Shown here: positions 46,440 through 58,400 of the stretch, piece by piece
How positions within the stretch are numbered: the first letter of the stretch is position 1
Layout: the number at the start of each line of letters is the position of its first letter
Assembly (NCBI GenBank): GCA_950097015.1
Contig: CATNEN010000001.1
Coordinates: 8,432,001 to 8,496,000 of the forward strand
Length of the DNA: 64,000 nt
Source of the DNA: Macrostomum hystrix
Lineage: Eukaryota; Animalia; Platyhelminthes
Direction: 5' to 3'
Notes under the pieces: generated by a model
The model's input: the letters and a program-made list of their open reading frames with translations, nothing else
The model's database searches: none
What the model was told of the DNA's origin: nothing
Position numbers and translations under genes: made by a program

Positions 46440-49400
46440 CTACTTGACTTCGAACACGCCGTTGTAGACGCTGCCGCCGCACTTCTCAGCCGACAAGCCC
46501 GAGCAGGCCGTGTCGCAAAGAGCGTTGGCAACGTCACCGCTGTTTCCGTACTGGTCTCCGCAGCCGCAGATTCTGCCGTTCTTCAAACCGAAGTAGGGCA
46601 GCTTCTTGGACTTGCAGATGTCGTTACACTTCCACACGGTCATGTCGTTGGAGACGCTAGCAACAGCTAGCTCAGGTGTGCTGTCTTCGTCCTTGTAGCA
46701 GCCCAGGAAGCCTGACCAATGATTCCCAAGGTGATTTTAGTACTTTAGAGTTTGTATAGCTTAGGTATCAACATTTCTTCTATGAATTTACACGTTTCGA
46801 TGGCATCAAAAGAGGCCGATAACTCAGAATGGGACACGGAAATGACATCACGTAACTAAAAAATGTTAACTTTTTTTCTTATGAAATACGAGACCTAGAA
46901 GTAGGAAACATTGAGCGTCTGCCTCTCGCATCAAGGTCCCTGAGCTCGATTCCGCAGCGAGGCCACATTTATTTGGCGCGCAGCAGCGGAGAGAAGGCTT
47001 TGGGACTTGTCGTGCAATTTACGCCCTTGAGGGCCAATCTCCAAGGCACAGTGAGAGTGTACACTGCCTGACGATGAGAAAGTCACGGGCAGATGTACAC
47101 ACCTGTGTGACCAAATGATTTGCCGTTGCCTACAGCCCTCCTGCAAGCATTATTTTTAATAACCTTTGAGTCATGATTTTTAATAAGGTTCCAAACTTAA
47201 TCAAGATACTTAACTCGTTAGATGAGTTATTATAAGTTCACTTTAACAAGATTCGAAGAATATGTGCTCCACTAATGATTGGCAACATTGGACTCACCAG
47301 TGTGTGGTTTAACACAGATGCGACGATTGATAGTGCGACACGGGCACTCTGCAAAGAACAGCGAATAAAATGTTTTGAAAGTGTTCAGAGTCAGGTCAAG
47401 CTCTTGTAAATAAATTATTATTTTCGATGGTCTCTATTCAACAATAAACAATGCTTACTTCCGCTCAGGACACTATCAAGACCCCTGTGGTCGCTCGGGA
47501 ACGCGCTGAAGCTGAGGTCGCCGCTGGCGCCCAGCTTGATAAATTCCATGACCTGTAATAGAAGAATTTGTAATGTTTTCAATTGTTTGGTTCAGTGCTA
47601 AATAAAACTATATAAAATAGGACTGCTTATTTAATCGTTAAAAAGTGTACCATTCTGAGCAGGGAATGTGTTGTCTATGGTAATTTTTGGTGAGATTATT
47701 TGACAAAAACCAGGATATTATATCATATAATCTCCTCGAAATAAGGAGCATTATATGGAACATTGAAGTGAACTTTGAATTCGGCTTTTACGTTTTGCCA
47801 CCACTGACTGACTGGCTGCTTCGTGACTGTATCTTCGTGAGAAATTTATTTTTTTGTCTATGGTCGGAATCAAATGGTCTAAACCTATATGTCTATCAAT
47901 CAGATGGGGTGCCCCCGAAAAATAAGCAATAGAATTTCATATATGATAAACGCCGTTTAATTCATCATAGTCTATGGTTAGAATATCCTCGGCTGCAATC
48001 AATGGTCCTCGGCTCGCTGCGCTCGCCTCGAGACCATTAAACGCAGCCTCGGACATTCTAACCACAGAATGTGAATTAAACCAAATATCTAGTAAAAGCA
48101 AAAGGACACAAACTCCCTATCCCTCGGTCAGAAGTCCATCACTAGCTCGTTGAAGAGCAAAAATCGCCCCAAAAGACCCATCACTAAACTAAATAAAAGG
48201 ACGGTTGTAATAGACTCACCTTGTTGCTAGTCTTTGAGCTAAGCTTGGAGAACTGTCCAAAAGTGGCGCTCGCCAGCTTGGAGAACTCTGCTCCCTCAGT
48301 GCCGCACAGACTGCCTGATGCCACCGTGAAGAATCTGATTCTCTTGGCCTTCAGTTTGGCCTCGACAGCGTCCAGCTTGTTCTTGTCCTTGGCTGATGCG
48401 TCGGTGAACAGCAGCATCACGGAGTTCGGCTCGGCTGCCTCAGCGGCGTCTAGGGCGCCAGACAAAGCGAATTCGGGACAGTCGCCGCCGCCGTTGGCAC
48501 GCAGCTTGTCGAGGAATTTAATGATCTCTGACACGCTGGTGGTCTTCTTCAACTGCCTGACGTAGGGGTCGCCGAAAGTGGCGATGATAAAGTCGTCGAA
48601 GCGTTTATTGGCTGCCAGAATGCGACGGATGTTGTCCTTCACCGATTGGATGACTGTGCCCATGCTGCCCGTGACGTCGATGACAAACACCAGGGAGCCG
48701 AGGCTGTGCTGGCCAGCTGGCGGCTTGCAGTCGCAGGTTCGCTCCGGAACGAATTTCTCAACTGTGCCGACCGGACATGCTGAAAATCGACGCAAAATCG
48801 ACGTGAAATTACAATGAAAATCGACGAATAGGAAAAATTACTAGACTTATGCTTGAGTACTTCAATGTCTGAGCATTCAATTCCAAGACAATATTACGAG
48901 TATAAGGTACTTTGAAAGCTCACTGGAAGCTTCTAGCTCAACGCCAGTAGAGTAGATGTCATTTCTCCAGTTCGAGCCGCAGTACGAGGTCTTGTCTCCT
49001 GTGCACTGCATGCGGCACTCGAGCTGCTCCCTGCGACCGTGTCTGCCGTAGGTATTGCCGCACCAGCACTCCTTGGCGAACTGAACGCCGAAGAATTTGT
49101 AGCCTAGCCTCTTGCACTTCAGTCGACACGACAGCACCGACATATCGTTGCTGGAGGCGGCCATGTGAGGCAAGTCTCTGGAGCTGGAGTCAGCGAAGCA
49201 GCCGAGATGCTTCATGCCTGGAGCTGAGTTAATCAGTTAGAATAATCTCTGACAGCGAGGTTCGCTAATTCAAAAGCACCGATATACAAAAACACTCAAA
49301 CAAATGATCTGCAGTCATAAATTTTTACTTAAACACACCTGAAAGCGGTATAGCCAGCACTCCCGTAGTGAACACTTCGTTTCTGTAGCCGCCGCCGCAT

Positions 49401-52400
49401 GTGGCGCTCTTGTCACCTTTGCACGGTGTACGGCAGGTGTCCTCCGAGGCTCGACCGAACAAGCCGTATGAGTTTCCGCATGTGCAATGGTCACCATTCT
49501 GCAGGCCAAAGTACACGAAGCCTTTCTCGCGACAGAACTTCCAGCAGGTGGCCTTGGTAGTCTGGTGGGCGGCGTAGTGCAGCACTGGCAGGTCACGTCG
49601 GGCGTTGTCAACGAAGCAGCCAAGTCGCTTGACGCCATCGCCTGTACGACAGTGATAGGAATGACTCTAATTACCGTAATATAGAAGTGCGGTTGAAAAT
49701 AAACCATCAGTCAAAGCTATGGCTAATACTTACGCTCAGTTGCAACCTCGAGTCCAGTGGCATAGATGCTGTTCCTCCAGGCAGCTCCGCAGTAAGTAGC
49801 CTTGTCGCCGACGCACTGAGCTCTGCACTCGATGCTTGGCCTGGCGCCATGCCTACCGTAGCTGTTGCCGCACCAGCACTCGTTGCCGTTCTGAACACCG
49901 AAGAACATGTAGTTCTGTGCGCTGCAGAGAGAGAAGCACTTGTTGATTGTCATACCGCTGGAGCTAGCCCGGAATGGCAGGTCTCTGCTAGAGCTGTCGA
50001 TGTAGCAGCCAAGGCTCTTGATCTCTGTGTTTATTGAAAAGTAAATATGCCATGGTTTAAATAAATTATAGTACCAAATTGATTTTGAAATTAGTAGTCA
50101 AGAAGAAATGACGCCCAGTTAAAACAGACACAGTTCTTGCGAAGGCCTGCATAGGCTTCATACAGCTCTCTATTCCATGGACTGTGAGGCATCAACTTAA
50201 GAAATATAAGTCTTTCCCACTAGTGCCCAAATCGATTTTCGATTTTCATGGGCTGAGACTCGAAAGTTACCACTGAGCTACAAATACCGACTACTTGTAG
50301 TACTAGTAGTCTAAAATTTCGTGTACCCATTTTAAGCCTAAAAGGTCTAATTATATCAGTCAGTAGCAACTTTCATAGCTATAATAGTAAGTTAACTCAC
50401 TCGGCACAAAGCCCTCCGCCAGTCCGGTGGTGTAAATCTGATTCCTCCATCCGCTGCCGCATGTGCGTCGGCTGTCACCGAGACACTTCATGTTGCACTG
50501 CTTGCTGTCCACTCGGCCAAACAGGCCGTAGCTGTTGCCGCATGTACAACTGTCGCCGTTCTGCAGGCCGAAGAATCTGAATCCGCGCTGCTTGCAGTAA
50601 TTCAGGCAGAAGTCCTTGGTTGTCTGGTGCGCAGCTGTGTACACTAATGGCAGGTCTCTTGAGTGGTTGTCGATGAAGCAGCCGAGACTGACAACTCCGC
50701 CTAATGATGGTTTTTAATTAAAACTGTAAATTCGAATCGAAACTAGCGATTGTCCGAAACAATCAATATATTCAGTCCAAAAATTACTGATTTCTTCCTC
50801 GAGTCCGGTGGTGAAGATGTCGTTTCTCCAGCCAGCGCCGCAGTAGCTAGCCTTATCGCCGTCACACTGCTTCCTGCACTCGTTCTTGTCTCGCCTGCCG
50901 TATCGTCCATAGTGATTGCCGCAGAAGCACTGGTCACCGTTCTGCACGCCGAAGAACCTGTAGCCCAGTCTCTTGCAGAGGCCGTAGCACTTGCTGACCG
51001 TCATACGACCAGTGGCGGCGTGCTTTGTGAGATCGCGTGTGCCAGCATCAACGAAGCATCCGAGATGAATCATGCCAGGTGCTGTAGCAAAACAATGTGA
51101 ATATTTGAAAGTAAGCTAACAATTTCTATATTCTGCTTGGCGTTACACAAAAACTGTTACGTCTTCGAAAGCTTACTGGCTTCACCAGCTCTGCTAGCCA
51201 GTCCGGTGGTGTAGACCTGGTTTCTCCAGCTGCCTCCACACTTTGTCCTCTTGTCGCCCAGGCAGGGCATGTTGCAAGTGTTGTCGGCACCCCTACCGTA
51301 TCGACCGTAGGTGTTGCCGCAGAAGCACTGGCTGCTGTACTGCAGGCCAAAGTACTTAAAGCCGGCCTTGCGACAGTAGTTCCAGCAGAACTCCTTGGTG
51401 GCCTCGTGACCGGCGTCCTTGTAGTGGGGCAGATCGCGCTGGCCGTTGTCAACGAAGCAGCCGAGAAGAGTGACTCCAGTGGCTGGAAATGTTTATCATT
51501 ATGATCTTAGTGTATACAATTGAAAAAAAACAGTGCACTTGCAAAACTACCGAGACATGCAGTGACAAAACGAAAATTTTCATTCCTTAGATATTCTTTG
51601 TTTCAACATGTCAGTTTTTCTGATGAACATGCCATTGCTTATCGCGAAATGAAAAAAATATTTTGTGCTCACACGCAGTGGCGACTTCGACGCCAGTAGT
51701 GAAAATGTTGTTTCTCCAGCCAGCTCCGCAGTAGGTGGTCCGCTCGCCGCTGCACTGCATCCTGCACTCCAGGTTCGACCTGATTCCGTAGCGTCCATAG
51801 TGATTGCCGCACCAGCACTCGTTGCCGTTCTGCACGCCGAAGAATTTGTAGCCGAGCTTTTTGCAGCGCTCGTAGCACTTCGGCACCGACATGTCTCCGG
51901 TGGCGCCAAGGTGGGGCAGATCGCGAGCACCGCTGTCGACGTAGCATCCGAGGCGCGACAGGCCGGGCACTGAAATTTCAGTGTGAGGCAGCAATGCACT
52001 CTTAGGCCACAGTACAGTACTAATTATCGAAAATCTCAGCAGCGGTACTCACAGCTTGGAGTCCTAGTCGACAGGCCAGTTGCATAGATAGCGTTCCTCC
52101 AGCCGGCTCCGCACTTCTCGCGACCGTCGCCTCTGCACTTCATGTTGCACTGACTGTTGTCCACTCTGCCGAAGGCGCCGTACAGGTTGCCGCATGTGCA
52201 GCTGTCACCATTCTGCAGACCGGCGTACTTGTAGCCGCGGTTCTTGCACAGCTTCAAGCAGAAGGACTTGGTAGCCTCGTGACCGGCGTGGTGGACGAGC
52301 GGCAGATCGCGAGAGGCATTGTCGATGAAGCAGCCCAGGTAGGCAGCTTAAAGAAGACAGTAGCGAAAATTTAGTTAATTTAACTTTTATGACTGCATGT

Positions 52401-55400
52401 GAAGCAATTATAAAATGGTTTTCGTTGGGCTCTACCTGAAATATCCTGGATGCCAGTGGTGAAGATATCGTTTCTCCAGCCGGCTCCGCAGTACGTAGTT
52501 TTGTCACCGTCGCACTGCTTCCTGCACTCGTTCTTGTCTCGCCTGCCGTATCGTCCATAGTGATTGCCGCAGAAGCACTGGTCACCGTTCTGCACGCCGA
52601 AGAACCTGTAGCCCTGTCTCTTGCAGAGGCCGTAGCACTTGCTGACTGTCATACCACCAGTGGCGGCGTGCTTTGTGAGATCGCGTGTGCCAGCATCAAT
52701 GAAGCAGCCGAGATGGACCATGCCGGGTGCTAAAATAGAGTTTAATTTTTGTTACAAAAAATAGTCCCTTTTTCATAAATTTTTTACATGAAGCTTGTAA
52801 GGAGAAAATATGACATTTATCTTCAAATCCAAAACAATGCGCTTCTGGGAAAGTAGGAAAAATTCTTCAAGTTTGGTCATTTTGCTGAAAGCTACAAGCC
52901 TATTATTTACATATAATACTCCTTCTGAAATGAAACCAGTTGCGAAGCTACCGCCGTTACGCGGCGCACACAAAAGGCTGAGTACAACTGTTCAGAACAT
53001 GAACTTGACGGCAGTCACACCCAACCCAGACTTAGATCTAGCTGATTATTGTTTTCTATTTACAGCTTGATGAACTCAGGATTGACGAATTTAGTGTCTC
53101 ACTCACGAACACTAGCTCTAAGCTCTAAGCACTGGTCTAGCCGCCAATACCCATAGTTATCATGAATGCTCGTATATATTGTTATGTTTAGCTTAGGAAT
53201 GCAAGGAAATTAACTTTTGAGCATTCGTAAAATACTCGTAATTCATTAAGAATCTCGCATCTGATGCAGCGAAATACACCATAACTTACTGGCATCACCA
53301 GCCCTGCTAGCCAGTCCGGTGGTGTAGACCTGGTTTCTCCAGCTGCCTCCACACTTTGTCCTCTTGTCGCCCAGGCAGGGCATGTTGCAAGTGTTGTCGG
53401 CGCCCTTGCCGTATCGACCGTAGGTGTTGCCGCAGAAGCACTGGCTGCTGTACTGCAGGCCAAAGTACTTGAAGCCGGCCTTGCGACAGTAGTTCCAGCA
53501 GAACTCCTTGGTGGCCTCGTGACCGGCGTCCTTGTAGTGGGGCAGATCGCGCTGGCCGTTGTCAACGAAGCAGCCGAGCAAGTGAACTCCAGCCGCTAAA
53601 GAATTTGAGAGTACCGTAAGGCAACCATAGAAACAAATGCAACGAAACGAGCAACAAAGTAAGCGAAACATTATTCTTAAATATTTTAAATCTGTAACTA
53701 ATTGTGTGACTGTGACATCAGTGACCTTGTGATTCTCATTTAAAGAATGTTCATACAAACCTGCTGTGGCCACCTCCAAGCCAGTAGTGAAAATGTTGTT
53801 TCTCCAGCCAGCTCCGCAGTAGGTGGTCCGCTCGCCGCTGCACTGCATCCTGCACTCCAGGTTCGACCTGATTCCGTAGCGTCCATAGTGATTGCCGCAC
53901 CAGCACTCGTTGCCGTTCTGCACGCCGAAGAATCTGTATCCAAGAGTTCTGCAGCGCTCGGAGCACTTCGGCACCGACATGTCTCCGGTGGCGCCGAGGT
54001 GGGGCAGATCACGAACACCGCTGTCGACGTAGCATCCGAGGCGCGCCAGGCCGGGCACTGTATTGGTTGATTGAGGGTTGAGTGGAACGAGCGTGAAATA
54101 GTAAGAACTCATATTCTAGCAACTTTGTTGTAGTACGATGGCATCCGTGAGGGCAAACTCGAATGGTGAAGCGGGAATGTAAACTTTATCACAGTAAGAA
54201 TGTGAGGGCAGGTAAACATTTTTGTGCGCTTCTTTCTTTTGTAACAGATTTGAGTGCGTGCCCAGGGGTCACCGGAACGCTCAGAGTTGCAAGTTGGCAA
54301 CTCTGCTAGCTGAGGATCTATTGTTGCCAGATGATGTATCAGTACCAGAGCCCCAGAGCCACCATATAAAGTAGCATCTTATATTGAATGATTCAAGGGG
54401 GTTCTCACCTGCTGGGGTCTTGGTCGTCAAGCCAGTCGTGTAGATGGCGTTCCTCCAGCCGGCTCCGCACTTCTCGCGACCGTCGCCTCTGCACTTCATG
54501 TTGCACTGGCTGTTGTCCACTCTGCCGAAGGCGCCGTACAGGTTGCCGCATGTGCAGCTGTCACCATTCTGCAGACCGGCGTACTTGTAGCCGCGGTTCT
54601 TGCACAGCTTCAAGCAGAAGGACTTGGTAGCCTCGTGACCGGCGTGGTGGACGAGCGGCAGATCGCGAGAGGCATTGTCGATGAAGCAGCCAAGGTAGGC
54701 AACTCCAGCTAAATATTTTAATGAAGCAAATTTGTAGCGCTGAGAAAGGGTTTTTCATCCTTTTTTTTACTTTTACCTGGAATATCCTCAATGCCAGTTG
54801 AGAAGATATCGTTTCTCCAGCCGGCTCCGCAGTATGTGGTTTTGTCTCCGTCGCACTGCTTCCTGCACTCGTTCTTGTCACGCCTGCCGTATCGGCCGTA
54901 GTTGTTGCCGCAGAAGCACTGGTCACCGTTCTGTACACCGAAGAACCTGTATCCCTGCTTCTTGCAGAGGTTGTAACACTTTTCGACAGACATTTTGCCA
55001 GTCGCGGCGTGCTTGGTAAGATCGCGTGTGCCAGCATCAACGAAGCAGCCCAGGTGTTCCATTCCAGCGGCTGAAATTGTAGACAAAAAATAATAGCCCT
55101 TAGCACTAAGCTTCTGTTTCGCAATGTTTTTGCTGTCACTCACGAGAAAACGGTTTGGATCCCAGGCCTGTGGTGAAGATCTGGTTTCGCCAGTTGCCGC
55201 CGCACTTGGTCTTCTTCTCGCCTTGGCATTCCGCGCTGCAGGACGATGCGTCGGCCCTGCCGTAGCGGCCGAACTCGTTGCCGCAGGTGCACTGGAAGCC
55301 GGCTTGCAGACCGAAGAAACGATAGCCTCTCTCTCTGCAGTACTTGAAGCAGAAGGCCTTCGAGGTGCGGTGATAAGCATTGTACACGTGCGGCAAATCG

Positions 55401-58400
55401 CGACTGCCATTGTCGACGTAGCAGCCGAGGTCGCGGACACCGGCAGCTGGGTTTAAAGCAGGTTTTTCGAGTGACGATGTTATGGCTGAGTTCATTTTTC
55501 ACTGAAAAGTACAACTATAAATTAAATGCGCCTTTAAAATGGTGCTTCTTTCTTAAAGTTATGAGTTCCCTTCGATAGTACTGGGTAGGGGTGAGTGGCA
55601 GACTGGTCTGTGTGGCACACAGATTCATTTGTGGCGCAGCCGCGGAGAGAAGGTTTGGGGCTTTTAATGCTGTTTATACCCTTGAGGGCCAATCTCCAGG
55701 GCACAGTGAAAGTGTACACTGCCTGACAATGGGAAAGTCAGGTCAGATGTACACACCTGTGCGAGTGTGTGCCTGCGAACGGTATTTGTGTGCGTGTATG
55801 CTCAGGAGTCAGAGAATCGGCAGAATTGCCTCCTCGCTGGCTGGGAGGCAAAATTATCGGCCTTTGTCCGGAGCCCAACTGCGGTTATTATAATTTTTTT
55901 TTCTATCGGACTTGGATAACACTCGTAACAACAATGACGAATTGTGTCACTGATACAGATGAAGAAAGTGATACAGAAAGTATCACCAATTGGTTCTCAC
56001 CAATGCTGGCAACTTCCAAGCCGGTGGTGTAGACGCTGTTTCTCCAGCCGGCTCCACAGTAGGTGGTCTTGTCCTCGCTGCACTGCATTCGGCACTCAGT
56101 GTTTGGCCTGATACCGTAGCGACCATAGTGATTGCCGCAGAAGCAGTGAGTTGAGTACTGCACACCGAAGAATCTGTAGTTAAGTCGGCGACAGAGCTCG
56201 TAGCACTTGGGCACGCTAGCTCCGCTGACTGCGGCAACATGCGGCAGGTCTCTATCGGCGCCGTCAACGAAGCAACCCAGATACTTCAGCCCTGGAGCTT
56301 CAATGTGTAAATTAGAGGCCAATAGTTGTTACCGGCATACAAGACATAACAAAGAATCGCTGTGCAATCAATTGATAGATACAATAATAAATATATTACA
56401 CTTGACGCAAAAAAGCCAGATGCGTATTGTGCAGCCAACAGCACGGCGCATCTGCAGGCAGCCTACGGGTGTTCAGTCCACGGACTTGTGAAACACCGCA
56501 CCCACCCTAAATTACCCGCGCTGATGCTGGCACCGATTTCCAATGAACCCCGGCATTTTAGTCCCTCTTAGGCGCAGTATAGGACAACATAGAGCCAGAC
56601 AACTTGGATTGCCTTCAAAATGCTTACCTGTGAATGGTCGCGTGGTCAAGCCAGTCGTGTAGATGGCGTTCCTCCAGCCGGCTCCGCACTTCTCGCGACC
56701 GTCGCCTCTGCACTTCATGTTGCACTGGCTGTTGTCCACTCTGCCGAAGGCGCCGTACAGGTTGCCGCATGTGCAGCTGTCACCATTCTGCAGACCGGCG
56801 TACTTGTAGCCGCGGTTCTTGCACAGCTTCAAGCAGAAGGACTTGGTAGCCTCGTGACCGGCGTGGTGGACGAGCGGCAGATCGCGAACACCGTTATCAA
56901 CGAAGCAGCCCAAGTAGGTCTCTCCTTTTAATGTGTTTTTAAACAGAGGTATCGAAATTTTTGGGGGAGTAGTGGCACAGCGTTATAACTCGTTTGCCTC
57001 TCGTGCCAAGGTCCCTGAGCTCGATTCCGCAGCGAGGCTATATTTATTTGGGACCCAGCCGCGGATAGAGGTCATGGAGGCTTGTCGTGCAATTCACGCC
57101 TTTGAGGACCAACCTCCAAGGCAAAGTGAAAGTGTACAATTCATGACGGTGAGAAAGTCAGGGCAGAAGTACACCGCTGCGTGTGTGCTCAGTAGTCAGT
57201 GCAATGGGCAGAATTGCCTCCTCGCTGACTGCGGTCCTAGTATCACCAAATGATGTGCCAGTATCCACAGCTATCCTCAAAATGTATTTTAACAGTTTTA
57301 TCGAGATGTTTACTACAGGTCTAGCACTGCCAGAAATCAGAGAACTAGCTGTGGCATCACTGAACGACAGTATATATTGGTCATAGCTCGTAGACGTCAT
57401 TATGTTGAGGAGCATTTTCTGTCAAAAAATAAATAGAATTCTCACCACTGACAGTGTCTTCCAGGCCGGTCGTGAAGATGTCGTTTCTCCAGCCAGAACC
57501 GCAGTAGGTTGTCTTATCACCAGAGCACTGCATTCTGCACTCATTCTTGTCTCGGCGTCCGTAGCGTCCGTAATGATTGCCGCACCAGCACTCGTTAGAG
57601 TATTGCAAACCGAAGAACCTGTAGCCCTGCTGCCTGCACAGGCCGTAGCACTTGGCCACTGTCATGCTGCCAGTGCCGCCCAGCTTTGGCAGATCTCGGA
57701 CACCGGAGTCAACGAAGCAGCCAAGGTGAACCATACCTGGTGCTTAATAAAAAAATATGAGATTCGGATTTAATACGAATAATTAAACTTATTTTTATTT
57801 ATTTATTGGTATAACTATTCTTCACATTAGAAACTTACTCCTGGACGCCTGCGACTGCAGACCGGTTGTGTAGATTTCGTTTCTCCAGCCGCCGCCGCAC
57901 TTGGTCTCGCGGTCTCCCCGACACGGCACGTTGCAGCTGGCCTCCGAGGCCTTGCCGTAGCGACCGAAGGTGTTGCCGCAGGTACAGTAGCCGCCGTATT
58001 GCATAGCAAAGTACTTGTATCCTCTATCCTTGCAGTAGGTCCAGCAGAATGTCTTGGTTGTCTGGTACTCAGCTGAGAACACCAACGGGAGATCACGCTG
58101 CGCCGTGTCCACGTAGCATCCGAGTCTGCGAACTCCGACCTCTTTAAAAAGAAAAGTTTCCTTTCTTTAATTGATTATTTTTAACAGTAGAAAGACGCGG
58201 GGATATTGGAAATACACAGAATTTTTTTCTGTTTATTCTAATGCAAGTATATAACCAATTGTCATGAAATCCAGAGCAAGGGTAAACTTTTCCGCTCTAT
58301 CCGATGCAGCAACTTCCAGAATCACGAAACGTTGGCATCGTCGAGATATTCACCTATTCTCACCTTTCTAAAAGCACGAGTTCCTTACAAAGCTCAAAGT

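Noticed and set aside
47058-47100. CTGACGA-TGA-GAAA in the SINE resembles a minimal hammerhead core
   Set aside because: No stem III or NUH triplet in the required position, and the core varies among copies (CTGACAA, CTTACGA, CTAACGA)
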